Shown piece after piece: positions 10,242-20,931 of a DNA stretch of 64,000 bases. A model generated the notes under the pieces. That model searched no databases. It had not been told where the DNA came from and was given only the letters and a program-made list of their open reading frames with translations. Source of the DNA: Nitrospirota bacterium (lineage in GTDB: Bacteria; Nitrospirota; UBA9217); assembly GCA_963754875.1 (NCBI GenBank), contig CAVWHO010000002.1, forward strand, positions 20,194 through 84,193, read 5' to 3'. Each line of letters begins with the position of its first letter. Position 1 is the first letter of the stretch. The position numbers and the translations under genes were made by a program.

Positions 10242-11496
10242 TCACTTCATTGCCTGCGTCAGCTTTCTCGTGCCGTACTCGAGCTTCTTGGTCCCCACGG
10301 AGCTCAGGCTGCCGGTCTTCTTGAGCGTCAGGATTTCCCTTTCCGCTGTTTCAGCGAGTTCGTCTTCACCCAGGTTCAGAAACACCGTGGCGGCAGCCTG
10401 AAGCTTCTGCGTCGCGGCTGCGATATTGCCTGCCTCCGCTTCCGTCAACGCCCTGGTCTGGAGCTTGAATGCGCTCACTTTCTCCACAAGGTTCATCACC
10501 TCGGCATTCACCTTCGCTGCTGCTGCAGCATCTGCAGTGAACGTGACGAAGAGGTCCGTCTTGCTCTTCTGCGCCCTGATGCCCTCCGTCGGGAATGTCA
10601 TAGGAGACTTCCACCTGGCCGAGTCGGAACTTCCCGGCCTTTTCTGCAGGAACGCGCGCCTCGATCAGCATTGCCTGACCCCTCGCCCCGTCGAGGGTGC
10701 CGAGATCTGCGGACACGATGCTGTTGTTCACGGCTTTATGCGTCACATCGGACGATCATCGGGACCGTCGTGTATACTTTGATGGGCCGAACGCCGGGGC
10801 TCATGCGCATCAGTGACGTTTCAGGTTCGTTGCAGCCACGGCCTGCATGCCGTCCACTTCCTGCTGGAACGCATCGAGGATCGAGATGGGGTTCTGTATC
10901 CAATGGGAGTTCCCGCGGGACCGCTCTGCGATCTGAAGCAGCAGTTTTTCGTTCCAATCGTCGCCGATGCCGATGCTCGTGATCGCGATGCCCTGCTTTC
11001 CCGCCTCGTCGGCCACTTTGAGGCTCGCATCCTCGTCGTCCCAGGTCCGGCCATCGGTGAGCAGCAGAATCCGGTTTACGCGATCCCTTGCATATCCCTT
11101 CATTACTTCTTTTAATCCGGCCCTGAGCCCGTCCGATATCTGGGTCCCGCCGCGTGCGATTATTGACTCGATCTTTGTCTTGATCTCGTCGCGGTTCTGT
11201 GCAGCCTGGTTCGAAACCAGCGTTTCGACCTGGTCGTCAAAGATCGTGACCGAAACAAGGTCGCGGTCGCTCAAATGATCAACCACGTAGCCCACTGCTT
11301 CCTTCATGTTCTCCATCTTCTCTCCGTCCATGGAGCCGCTCCGGTCAAGTACAAGGGCGAAGTTTGCGGCCATGGCGCCGAGCATTGTTCCGCTTTTCGG
11401 CTTGATGTCTATGAGCGCATAGACCGCCTGCTCCGAGGCGATGGCCGGCAAGGTGTCTTTGCTCATAATGCATCGTACGTTTAATTCGTTCTTCAT
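10242..11496 (-). CDS. Cytoplasmic VWA-domain protein with helical C-terminal extension (about 3 frameshifts)
   Basis: MIDAS residues DRSGSM, GGT, LLTDG; reading continues through frames 10736, 10366 and 10242 to ...TKKLEYGTRKLTQAMK. Confidence 0.88.
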
Positions 11497-11588
11497 TGTT
11501 TGTTCCTCCTTTTCGTATTCGGTACAAGGCAGAGAATTGAGTGCTGAACATACAGGTGCCTATCTCTACCCTTTGTTTCCAGCTATGC

Positions 11589-12533
11589 TCACGATACTCT
11601 CGCGACTATCGCGGTAATATTGTCTTTCCCTCCGTTCTCATTCGCCAGCCGTACCAGTCTTGTTCCAGCGGACACGGCGTCGCTTGCCTCCGTACATATC
11701 CTGTGGATGTCTTCATCCGCAATCTCTCCCCAGAGGCCGTCCGTACAAAGCAGTAACGTCCCGCCTTTCTTGAGCTCTACACAAACGGTATCTACTTTGA
11801 CAGTCTCGTCAGTCCCGATCGTGCGAAAGAGCAGGTTGGATTTGGGGTGGTTCCTGGCCTCTTCTTTGGTCAACCTTCCCGCCGCAACGAGTTTCGCTAC
11901 CAGGGAATGGTCGGTGGTGATCTGGGAGATGGACCCGTTCTCGATCCAGTAAACCCTGCTGTCGCCGACATTCGCAACATAGGCAATGTCATTTGCCACG
12001 AGTGCCGCACTGAGCGTTGTGCCCATATCGGACCCCTTGCGCACTGCCTCCTTCAGCACTTCGCTATTGGCCTCCTGCACAGCACGCTCAACAAGACCAC
12101 GGTGATCAGTACTCAGCGAATGATTCTCCTGCACGACTTTGCAGACCGTCTCAACAGCGATCCTGCTTGCCACTTCTCCAGCATCGTGACCGCCCATGCC
12201 ATCGGCAACAATAAAAAGGACCTTGCCTGCAAATTCAAGGACTGCAAAATTATCCTCGTTGTGATCTCGTACCCCGCCCGTGTCCGTGATCCCGTACCAA
12301 ATCGGTGTGCGATCTGACACATCAGAAGGAACCGGACCATCAGGTTCGGGTCCCAGTCTCAGTGTGTGGACAGGCTGGAGCACTCGTGTCGCGTTAAGGG
12401 ACTTCTTCACCGTTGGTAAAGTTTGACTGCTTTGATCACTCTTTCCAAAAATCAGAAGATGCTGCATCATAACGACCTCCTGTACGCCTCTCCCCGTGAT
12501 CTTTTTCAGACATCCCATAAATCCATGCTCCAT
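11589..12533 (-). CDS. PP2C/Stp1-family phosphatase with N-terminal extension
   Basis: RDHNED, VADGMGG, MGTT, NVGDSR, LCTDGL, GGKDNIT; GGGAGA before ATG 12533. Confidence 0.93.
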   Translation of the reverse strand: MEHGFMGCLKKITGRGVQEVVMMQHLLIFGKSDQSSQTLPTVKKSLNATRVLQPVHTLRLGPEPDGPVPSDVSDRTPIWYGITDTGGVRDHNEDNFAVLEFAGKVLFIVADGMGGHDAGEVASRIAVETVCKVVQENHSLSTDHRGLVERAVQEANSEVLKEAVRKGSDMGTTLSAALVANDIAYVANVGDSRVYWIENGSISQITTDHSLVAKLVAAGRLTKEEARNHPKSNLLFRTIGTDETVKVDTVCVELKKGGTLLLCTDGLWGEIADEDIHRICTEASDAVSAGTRLVRLANENGGKDNITAIVARVS

Positions 12534-12586
12534 ATCCGTCTCCCGTCTTTTATGCTGTTCTGTTCCGTACTTATGCAATGGTGTTT

Positions 12587-12603
12587 TGCATAGCATGTGC
12601 CAA
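12587..12603 (-). promoter_or_regulatory. Sigma54 (-24/-12) promoter
   Basis: TTGGCACATGCTATGCA has GG-N10-GC spacing, about 55 nt upstream of the PP2C start. Confidence 0.7.
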
Positions 12604-12842
12604 AACTCGGAAAGGCCATCACCACTGTATTTGCCCGGAAGAATTGTCATACGATTCCGAGGGTTGCCGTTTTTCAAGGGTGCTGGAGAGGCATTCGGGT
12701 TGTGCAGTCCAGGGAGAGAAGTTATTTGATTATCGAAGAGCAGTATTCGATTTTCGAATGCTCTGGAAAGGAAAGTTTTTAATCAAAGCAGGTATCAACA
12801 GTGTGCCGCTTTTTTGAATGGGGAGTAAGAAGGGATTGCAGC

Positions 12843-13872
12843 TCAGGAGATCCTCAGCACTTTCGCGCCGCGGATCTTTCGTTCTTTTAGTTCGAGAAGG
12901 GCGGTATTTGCTTCCTCAAGAGAATACTCCTGGATTTCCGGCCTGAGAGGCATATCTGCGGCCAGTTTTAAAAAGCCCTCCACATCGGACCTTGTGATGT
13001 TCGCAACGCTCTTGATCTCTTTCTCCATCCAAAGGTCTCTGCGAGTAATCAAGATTGAGGAGCACATCCTTGTCCGTGTCCTCTTTCCTGATTGCATTGA
13101 TCACAAGCCGCCCCCCCTTTTCGAGGTTTTTCATGGCATCAACGATTGGCTTCCATGCGGGCGTCGTATCGATAACAGCATGCAATTTTTCAGGTGATGT
13201 CTCTTCTGAGTCTCCGGACCAGACAGCGCCGAGCTCCGTTGCGAACGCCCGTTCTCCCTCCGTTCGGGAGAAGACATAGATGGACGTTTTAGGATACAGG
13301 TGTCGCACCATCTTGAGTACGAGATGTGCTGATGCGCCGAAACCCGTTAGCCCGATCGGATCCCCGTCTTTCATATTTGCCAGACGAAGTGCGCGATAAC
13401 CGATAGCACCTGCGCATAAAAGCGGAGCGGCTTCAGCATCGGAAAATAATTCCGGTATCTTGTACGCGAATGCCTCAGGGACCGTTGTATATTCCGCGTA
13501 GCCTCCGTCAGCGTCCCTGCCCGTTGCCATAAAATCGTCACAGAGGTTTTCCCTTCCGCGTGTACAGAACTTGCAAGTACCGCAGGCAGAATGGATCCAG
13601 GCAATGCCGACTCTGTCATTGATCTTGAATGTGCCTGCTTTGTTGCCGAGTTCCGCTACGCGCCCGACGATTTGATGACCGGGTATGATCGGATATTTCG
13701 TGGGAGGTGTCCTGCCTTCGATTTCGTCGAGCTCCGTGTGGCACACGCCGCAGACTGAGACCTTGACAAGGATTTCACGGTCTTGAGGAGCCGGAACAGG
13801 CAGGTTGACAAGTTCGAGGGGTGAACGGTTTTCAGCGAGGTTCGTGCTTTTCTTCAAAGCCATGGCTTTCAT
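12843..13872 (-). CDS. Zinc-dependent alcohol dehydrogenase family protein (frameshift near 13040)
   Basis: CGVCHTE, GHQIVG, CGTCKFC...NLC, APLLCAG, GFGASAH; C-terminus lies in the second frame. Confidence 0.93.
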
Positions 13873-13965
13873 AGTCTTCGCCTCGAACACAACGATGCGG
13901 TGCTTCATTTTTATTATATCAGATTGTTTATTGCGTACGACTGGGAGGAGACGAGGGTATGAGCG

Positions 13966-14496
13966 TTACAGTTCTTTGAGCAATACTTCGGACAGGTCTT
14001 TACGTTTCGAAGCGTGTTTCTGTGACGCTGGGTGCCCCAGGGCAACGACAGCCATGAGTTCCAGCTCTTGCGGCAATCCGAGAAGATCCCGCACTCCCTC
14101 GGCATTCTTGAGAATTTCACCGAGCCAGACGGCGCCGAGACCGAGGGCATGGGCGGCGAGGAGCATGTTCTGGATGCAGGCGCCCATGGCCTGGTGGTCC
14201 TTAACGTCGTGGTACATCGCGCTTCTGTCCACAAACACGGCAATGCATGCGGCTGCACGCTCGATGATGAAATTATACTTTGTGTGCTTCGCCAGCTCGT
14301 TGCGGACTTCGGTGCTCCGCACGATAACGAACCGCCAGGGCTGGTTGTTCGTTCCTGAAGGCGCCCAGGTTCCGGCTTTGATGATCTCGATAAGCTGTTC
14401 ACGTGCGATTGGCTGGTCAGTGAACTGACGAATGCTGCGGCGGGTATAGATACCTTCTAACAAATCCATGGCAGTCATTATAGTGCTTTTAGCCAT
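13966..14496 (-). CDS. Nitroreductase family protein
   Basis: RRSIRQF, APSGTNNQPW, QNMLLAAHALGLGAVW. Confidence 0.93.
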   Translation of the reverse strand: MAKSTIMTAMDLLEGIYTRRSIRQFTDQPIAREQLIEIIKAGTWAPSGTNNQPWRFVIVRSTEVRNELAKHTKYNFIIERAAACIAVFVDRSAMYHDVKDHQAMGACIQNMLLAAHALGLGAVWLGEILKNAEGVRDLLGLPQELELMAVVALGHPASQKHASKRKDLSEVLLKEL

Positions 14497-14748
14497 TCAT
14501 TTCCACGATTATGGCGCATCGAGTTGATTCACAATAAATGTTATCCAATCACATTTTGAAAAGTATCCTTGACCCGTACCAGAGATCGTCTTTATTCATG
14601 TTTTCACTCTGCAGTCAACCGAATAAATTTATTATTATCTATCATGGAGATGACAAGTTAGTTTCTTCTATTTGCCTCCCACAAAGCTATTGCATGCTGG
14701 GCGAGAAGAAAAGTCAAGCCGTAAATGGGCGACACTAAGAGCCATGGA

Positions 14749-15456
14749 CTACAACACTTTGAACGATCCCAATACTTTCTCTATTTCCGCCTGTTCCCGT
14801 TCAAAGTTATCTTTAGGGATTGAAATCGCCACTCGATACATTGACTTTTCCTGCTGTACCAGCAATAAGTCGGTTCTCATCAAAACACCGTTTTTAGAAG
14901 TTTCTAGATAACCTCTTCTCTGATCCGTATTTTTGCCCTTTCCTTCAAAGACGTATGTCTTGGGAGGGTCGGCCTTCGCCCCAATCTGGATCAGATCTTT
15001 AACGAGGCTATCAACATCTTTCACCAATGCTTGCTTCATAACGACTATGGTAAAAGAAGTTTTTTGATCACTGTTTCTGTTCGTTGCGATAAGAGAAACG
15101 ACACTGCTCGAACTTGCATAGGTAAGTCCCTTGGGGATTAATATTTGATAGCCATCCGGAGATTTAAATAGCAGTTCGTCTGAAGCGATGGAACCGTTGC
15201 TTAATGCATTTGCCAGTTCATTGTTCGACGGAATTCTTTGCGCCGAAATTTGATGAAACCCTTTATATGTCTCGCTGCCTGCAAGCGCAAGGAAGATCAA
15301 GACAACGAGCAGGACCCACCATTTTCTGTGAAGTCTCAGCTGCCGTTTGTTGAAGTAATAAAAGAGGAATCCACCTGCAATGACTAAATAGACCGCGGCG
15401 TACACAAATATGGGCAGATAGGCTTTCACGAAATGTTTCCTCCTTGTGGCCTGCAA
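14749..15456 (-). CDS. Hypothetical membrane protein with two N-terminal TM helices; start uncertain
   Basis: 235-aa ORF, AT-richer than its neighbours, hydrophobic N-terminus. Confidence 0.65.
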   Translation of the reverse strand: MQATRRKHFVKAYLPIFVYAAVYLVIAGGFLFYYFNKRQLRLHRKWWVLLVVLIFLALAGSETYKGFHQISAQRIPSNNELANALSNGSIASDELLFKSPDGYQILIPKGLTYASSSSVVSLIATNRNSDQKTSFTIVVMKQALVKDVDSLVKDLIQIGAKADPPKTYVFEGKGKNTDQRRGYLETSKNGVLMRTDLLLVQQEKSMYRVAISIPKDNFEREQAEIEKVLGSFKVL

Positions 15457-15494
15457 TTCTTTCTCTAATATGATTCAGTGGAATTCCTAACTGA

Positions 15495-16436
15495 CTAATA
15501 CGGCGCCGTGAGCGACACTATCAAAGTTGCGCTCGCCGCCGTATTGCCCAGCTTCGCCGTGATCGTTGCCGTCCCGGCGATGTGTTGCGTGATCACGGTC
15601 ATCCCCTGTCCATTTACATTATAGGATCCGATCTTCGCAACCGTTGTGTCCGATGAGCTCCAGATCACCGACTGGGTAAGGTCCTCCACAGAGCCGTCAT
15701 TGAATGTTCCGGTGGCGGTAAAGAAGACACCTACCATTCTCGGGACGACGTCATCCTTCGGATTGACATCGAGTGACACGAGCGCCCTGCCTGATACGTT
15801 AATGATCGCCTCGTTCGAGGTAATGTTCCCCCATGACGCCGTAATGGCGGCGGTCCCGCCGCCTACGCCCGTAACCGTGCCTGAGTCAACGGTAGCACAA
15901 ACGTCATTGGAAGTGCTCCACGTCGCCATTGAGGTTATGTCCTGCGTAAAAGTCTCGCCGCCGTTGGTGAACGTCCCCATAGCGGTGAGAGCGGTCGTGA
16001 TTCCGCCGTCGACATCAGCGATGGCGGGAGAGACAGCGATGGCGGTCAACTGCGCGTTCTTTACGGTCAGAGCCGCGCTGCCTGACAAGCCTCCCGGCTC
16101 CGTTGCCGTGATGGTGCACGTATCGGGGCCGGCGACCTGGGCCGCCGTTGCCACACCCGATGCGGAGACGGCCACCATCGTGTCCGAGGAGGTCCAGTTT
16201 ACGAACGTGGTCATGTCCTGCGTGGAACCATCCGAATACACTCCGGTGGCCCGTAACTGCAGTTGAGTTCCTCCCGCCATCACGGGGGCAGGCGGCGTGA
16301 TCTGGATGGACACAAGATTGTCGAATCCGAATTGAGACACCCGGCAAGCGTTGACCGATGCCAGGCCTGCAAATACGGCCGTCGCTGCAAGTGTGAGCAC
16401 GATTGTGCGGACTTTTCTTTTTTGTGGCGCTTTCAT
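15495..16436 (-). CDS. Lipoprotein with three bacterial Ig-like (Big_2) repeats
   Basis: Lipobox-like VNAC; three repeats of ATGxYSDG...D.T..V.WxSS...VA. Confidence 0.88.
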   Translation of the reverse strand: MKAPQKRKVRTIVLTLAATAVFAGLASVNACRVSQFGFDNLVSIQITPPAPVMAGGTQLQLRATGVYSDGSTQDMTTFVNWTSSDTMVAVSASGVATAAQVAGPDTCTITATEPGGLSGSAALTVKNAQLTAIAVSPAIADVDGGITTALTAMGTFTNGGETFTQDITSMATWSTSNDVCATVDSGTVTGVGGGTAAITASWGNITSNEAIINVSGRALVSLDVNPKDDVVPRMVGVFFTATGTFNDGSVEDLTQSVIWSSSDTTVAKIGSYNVNGQGMTVITQHIAGTATITAKLGNTAASATLIVSLTAPY

Positions 16437-16497
16437 AATGTATATACCAGGTTAATCAAGTGAAATAATGCCGTGGGACGGCTGTCTCCGCGAGGGA

Positions 16498-17220
16498 TCA
16501 TCCTGCCGTTTCCGCATCGTTAGCCGGGGCCTGCACGATCTGTCCGTCCCGCATTTCAAGTATGCGATCTGCCTGCTTGGCCAGTTCCACGTTATGCGTG
16601 ACCATGAGTATGGTCACGCCGACTTCCGCGTTTATTCCCTCCAAGATCCGGACGATCTCCGTTGACCGCTTTGAATCGAGATTTCCCGTGGGTTCGTCGG
16701 CCAGCAATATTTCCGGGTTGTTTACCAGCGCCCGCGCGATCGCCACCCGCTGCATTTCACCTCCGGAAATCTGGCCGGGGAGATGGTCCTTGCGGTGATC
16801 GATCCCGAGCATCTTCAGATAACCGGAGACGTCCGTCCCGGCCCCTTCTTTGCGATAGAAGGTCAGAGGCAGCATGATATTTTCCAGCACAGTCAGGGTG
16901 GGGATAAGGTAGAAATTCTGAAAAATATAACCGAACGCCTCACGCCGGATTTCCGTAAGTTTTTTTTCGGACAGCCGGCGGCCTTCACTGCTGAAGATCG
17001 TGCGCCCACTAAGCTGCAATTCGCCCAACGAAGGGTTGTCGAGACAGCCGAGAAGGTTTACGAGGGTGGTCTTGCCGGAACCCGAGGGTCCGATGATGGA
17101 AACGAATTCCCCCTTCATAATCCGCAGCGATACATCGTGCACTGCGGGGATCGCCTCATTTCCTCGGTGATACACCTTGGTCAGGCTTATCGCTTCCAGA
17201 GAAACGTCTTGCCGTGTCAT
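16498..17220 (-). CDS. ABC transporter ATP-binding protein (LolD/MacB-like)
   Basis: GPSGSGKT, ISGGEMQRVAIARAL, LADEPTGNLD, VTH. Confidence 0.95.
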   Translation of the reverse strand: MTRQDVSLEAISLTKVYHRGNEAIPAVHDVSLRIMKGEFVSIIGPSGSGKTTLVNLLGCLDNPSLGELQLSGRTIFSSEGRRLSEKKLTEIRREAFGYIFQNFYLIPTLTVLENIMLPLTFYRKEGAGTDVSGYLKMLGIDHRKDHLPGQISGGEMQRVAIARALVNNPEILLADEPTGNLDSKRSTEIVRILEGINAEVGVTILMVTHNVELAKQADRILEMRDGQIVQAPANDAETAG

Positions 17221-18410
17221 CCTCCAACCTCGCTCCGTATCGCCTCAAGCGGCCTGATTCTACCCGCCTTCCAGGCAGGGTAAAGTCCGCTGAGGATCCC
17301 TATACCAAGGACTGTTCCCAGCGTCAGCAGCACCAGGCGCGCGTTGATCAGCACCAGCCCTCCATTCGGCGCGAACGTCAGCAGGTGGCGAAACAACAGC
17401 TCCGTGATCCCAGAAAGGAGCATCGCCAGGACCACACCGAGGATGCCTCCCGACGTGCAGATGAGCAGTGTCTCGATCCAAATGATCTGGAAGATGTCGC
17501 CCGGCATGGCGCCGATTGTCTTCAGAATGCCGATCTCCTGGAACCGTTCGTGGACCGACATCAAAATGGTGTTGACAACTCCGACCATTGCGATCAGGAT
17601 TGCGATGATTGCAATCGAAATAACCAGCACCTTGGCCGTGGAAACGAGCGACAGGATCGTTTGCTTTACTTCCGCCAGGCTTACCACCTGGACGCCAGGG
17701 AGCGAGTACAGCGCATTTTCGATCTTGTCGACGTCGGCGTCCTTCTGGATTTTTACCCCGATAGTCGTCAATTTATTCTGCTTATCGAATATTTTCTGGA
17801 GGGCGCCCAGCGGCACGAATGTCGTCCCGTCGTCCTGGGTGCCGGTCCTCTTCAGGATCCCAACCACCTTGAGCGCCACGTTTTTCTCGGGGATGAGGAT
17901 CATGTCCCCGACCTCCCGTTGCTCCAGCTCCGCAGCCTCGTATCCCATGACGGCTTCATAGGCTTGCGGATCCGTGAACCACCCTCCCTGGCGAAAGGTG
18001 AAATAGGTCTTCATCGCGCTATAGCTTTTCGGCTCGACGCCCCAGTACGCGGCGAGGCCCCCGTTTTGTCCCTTGTTCGGATCGAATACGGCTGCCATCA
18101 TCATCGGGGTGATCTGCGCCACGCCCGGTTCTTTTCTGACCGTCTCGCTGACAGACTGGTCGATATACTTCAGACCCGCGCCGCCCTTCAACATCATAGT
18201 GGCGGCCTCGTAAGGGCAGCCCTTGGCCATGACCAGCATTTGAAAGCCCATATTATTGATATCGTTGTTCAGCGCGGTCTCGAAACCGTTATTGAACCCT
18301 AGCAGACTCACCAGCACCCATGCCGAAATCGCAATGCCGACGACAGTCAGAAGACTGCGGACTTTCTTACGCAGCAGGTTCTTATAGGCCACCTGAAATT
18401 TCGTGATCAT
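17217..18410 (-). CDS. ABC transporter permease (MacB/FtsX type)
   Basis: RSLLT N-terminus, large periplasmic loop with KGCPYE, ERFQEIGILKTIGA, YPAWKA...PLEAIR. Confidence 0.93.
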   Translation of the reverse strand: MITKFQVAYKNLLRKKVRSLLTVVGIAISAWVLVSLLGFNNGFETALNNDINNMGFQMLVMAKGCPYEAATMMLKGGAGLKYIDQSVSETVRKEPGVAQITPMMMAAVFDPNKGQNGGLAAYWGVEPKSYSAMKTYFTFRQGGWFTDPQAYEAVMGYEAAELEQREVGDMILIPEKNVALKVVGILKRTGTQDDGTTFVPLGALQKIFDKQNKLTTIGVKIQKDADVDKIENALYSLPGVQVVSLAEVKQTILSLVSTAKVLVISIAIIAILIAMVGVVNTILMSVHERFQEIGILKTIGAMPGDIFQIIWIETLLICTSGGILGVVLAMLLSGITELLFRHLLTFAPNGGLVLINARLVLLTLGTVLGIGILSGLYPAWKAGRIRPLEAIRSEVGG

Positions 18411-19099
18411 CGTTGCACTGCTCCGTTCGACGGCGACTGCGCCGCATACACTAGTTCCTTCATCAGGACGAGGTTCTTCTTCGTTGCCCGCATGACTGCC
18501 CGGAAATCCGCTTCAGCCTTGGGCGCCGGATTCTTGATTTCCGCGATCCTGCCCGCCGCCTTTCCCGAGACGACGTCATACTCGTCGAAATCCTTGAGCG
18601 TGAGTCCTATGAACTGCTTTCCGAACGCGGCAGCGCGCAGTTTGCCCGCATATTGACTGGTCATTTTCTGGATGTAAAACGCTTTGATGCGCTCGTCGCG
18701 GTCGAGGGCGAGAAAAACCTGAATGCCGCCGTACTGACCTTTTTGGTTGACGCCGTGGATGTAGCCGATCTTCTTTTTGCCCCCGTAGATCTCGTACACC
18801 GTATAGGGGTTTTCGATTGTTTCGTACAGCCCATGAAAGGTGTCGCCCAGCTCCGCTTCGATTTTTTTGAGGAGCTTTTCTCCCCCCTGATCCACGATGT
18901 TCACGTAAAACGCCTTATACCCCGTCGACTCCGGGAAGATCCACGCCACATCGCGGTCGGGGTCGTTGAGCGAGCAACCGACCGCCCCCCAGGCCGAAAG
19001 AGCGCCCGCCAGCAAGGCGATGAGGCCCGTGGCAACGGCGATCAACGCGCGCAGCCGCAGTGCCGGGTATATTTGCGATCGCCGTCTAGCGGTCTGCAT
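18407..19099 (-). CDS. Exported protein with RnfG/FMN_bind-like fold
   Basis: Signal peptide; KGQYGGIQVFLALD...FGKQFIG...DVVSGK resembles the RnfG-like core. Confidence 0.55.
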   Translation of the reverse strand: MQTARRRSQIYPALRLRALIAVATGLIALLAGALSAWGAVGCSLNDPDRDVAWIFPESTGYKAFYVNIVDQGGEKLLKKIEAELGDTFHGLYETIENPYTVYEIYGGKKKIGYIHGVNQKGQYGGIQVFLALDRDERIKAFYIQKMTSQYAGKLRAAAFGKQFIGLTLKDFDEYDVVSGKAAGRIAEIKNPAPKAEADFRAVMRATKKNLVLMKELVYAAQSPSNGAVQR

Positions 19100-19138
19100 T
19101 GGTTTCGTTCTCCTTTCCTGCCGGCGAATCCGCGCAGG

Positions 19139-20194
19139 TTACAGGTGCAGCGGGCTGTAGTAATAGAGCTGCACCAAGAACCTGTTGTCGTTCAGAAGGC
19201 GATCGTAGGCATAGGACGTCCGCACCGTGAATTCCGGCGTAGCCTGGAAGCTGAAGCAGAGGGCCGGCCGCTGATCCAAATCTCCTGCGAATTTCCAATA
19301 CATGTCCTGTATTTCGAGCTTGTACCGCGCCTCCGGGTCCAGGTTTATGCCAAACCGGTAGAATAACGCGAAGAGGTCTTCCCCGAACCACTTGCCTGTG
19401 TACAGTTCGAAGCGATGTTCAAGGTTGTCTTGGAGAACCGTCAGATCGGTGCCCGCCAGCTGCATCTGGAGCGGCTCGTGTTCCATGAGTGTGTAGCCGG
19501 TCGTCTCCAGGGTCTTGCCATACCCCAGGGAAAATCCGGCGTTATAATTGTCCCGCTCCAGCACCCCGTAGGACACACGGGCCGCGGTCATATAATGGCT
19601 GTCGAACGGCAGTCCAGGAAGGCTTTGATAGAGCGGCATCCCCGTCCCGGAGGTCACGCTGGCCGCAATATTGCCCCAGGAATAATCTCGGTAGCCCCCG
19701 ATGCCCCAGTCACGATCATAAAAACCAAAGCGCATGCCGACCGTCTCAAGCAACAGACCGTGGCTATCGAAATAGGATGCAAGACCGAACGCGGGACGAT
19801 CATGGCCTACCCACACATAAGCCCACGGCGTTTTTACTTTCAGCCAGGCGTTGAATATCTGCGGCTGCAGGGTATAGCCATCCTGCTCCTTCGTGAACAG
19901 CTGCGGTTCTGTTCTGTAGCCCGCGCCCTGTTCAACCGGCATGACCGACATCCGGCCCTGGAGAGCAAAAACAGCGACGTCGCCGGTCTCGCCGGAAATT
20001 CGCTGCAGGTAATCGAACCCCAGACTCGGCTGCTGCATCTCTGATTGAGGATTGATCGAGTACGACACCGTTTTCCCGAGCGCGGACGAGTAGCCGAATA
20101 TGTCCTGCGCTTCGAAATAAAGGAGGTGGTCCGAGGCCCGCGCGCCTTGCGCCAAAAACAGAAGACATGCACAGCAGATGAGCGTCTTATACAT
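19139..20194 (-). CDS. Exported protein, putative outer-membrane beta-barrel
   Basis: Signal peptide ending ARA; aromatic/Gly-rich alternating strands; porin-like GHDRPAFGL and DRDWG; C-terminal FLVQLYYY. Confidence 0.65.
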   Translation of the reverse strand: MYKTLICCACLLFLAQGARASDHLLYFEAQDIFGYSSALGKTVSYSINPQSEMQQPSLGFDYLQRISGETGDVAVFALQGRMSVMPVEQGAGYRTEPQLFTKEQDGYTLQPQIFNAWLKVKTPWAYVWVGHDRPAFGLASYFDSHGLLLETVGMRFGFYDRDWGIGGYRDYSWGNIAASVTSGTGMPLYQSLPGLPFDSHYMTAARVSYGVLERDNYNAGFSLGYGKTLETTGYTLMEHEPLQMQLAGTDLTVLQDNLEHRFELYTGKWFGEDLFALFYRFGINLDPEARYKLEIQDMYWKFAGDLDQRPALCFSFQATPEFTVRTSYAYDRLLNDNRFLVQLYYYSPLHL

Positions 20195-20642
20195 CGAAGC
20201 GATAGCCGCCGCGGTAAATGACCTTGCTGTCCTTCACCATGGTAATCTTTATTTCCCAATCGCCGGGCATGGTAATACTGACCGGCGCGAGATAGTCTCC
20301 CTTCCTGGAGAGCTGGAAGGAATAATGGTCCGTCCCCATGGAAGGCATGGAGGGCATGCTGGAATCAGCCGTAATAGCGAGCGATCTGTCTTTTTCTCCT
20401 TTATTGTTGAACACCTGGATCTTCATAATGACCGATCCCATTTTTGGTTTCTCAACAAATCCGTAGATCATGTACCTGTCGTTTCCGATTAGGACTTTTT
20501 CCCCGGGACCGGGCATTGAAGCGAAAGTGGCCGCTTGCCGTGTTCCCGGCGTTTCAGGGCTGCCTGCGTAAAGAGACGGACCGGGAAGTAGTGCCAAGAA
20601 AAAAAAAGCAACGATGAAAAGGCGCCTTCTATGAAGCAACAT
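20187..20642 (-). CDS. YtkA/FixH-like exported protein with Met/His motif
   Basis: Signal peptide; SSMPSMPSMGTDH, KGDY, MPGDWEIKI. Confidence 0.75.
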   Translation of the reverse strand: MLLHRRRLFIVAFFFLALLPGPSLYAGSPETPGTRQAATFASMPGPGEKVLIGNDRYMIYGFVEKPKMGSVIMKIQVFNNKGEKDRSLAITADSSMPSMPSMGTDHYSFQLSRKGDYLAPVSITMPGDWEIKITMVKDSKVIYRGGYRFDV

Positions 20643-20701
20643 GATTTCCTCCTTCTTATTTATAAAAAATGCAGCTTCACTGCGCAAATTTTTCGTAGTG
20701 A

Positions 20702-20730
20702 ATGTTACTTCCGCTTATGAAAGTTGTCAA
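20702..20730 (-). promoter_or_regulatory. Sigma70-type promoter for the ytkA-like/ABC unit
   Basis: TTGACA-17 nt-TAACAT. Confidence 0.65.
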
Positions 20731-20875
20731 GGTTAATTGCATCTTCCTGCACGTTTGGATAATGCTTCTGTTACCAGGGCATTTCATTCGATCTGAGGCG
20801 CGAACGTGCAAGCTCGTGCAGCAATGGCACGAGTTATGCTAACTTTCCGGCGAAGTTTCTTATTCAAAAATAAGT

Positions 20876-20908
20876 AAAAAAAAGGGGAGCGGTTATACCG
20901 CCCCCCTT
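20876..20908 (-). terminator. Intrinsic terminator
   Basis: AAGGGGGGCGG-TATAA-CCGCTCCCCTT followed by a T-run on the minus strand. Confidence 0.85.
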
Positions 20909-20931
20909 GAAAGATGAAAATCTTACAGAAA

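Noticed and set aside
1977..12533. T6SS regulatory module (PpkA/PppA/Fha)
   Set aside because: No tss structural genes in the window.
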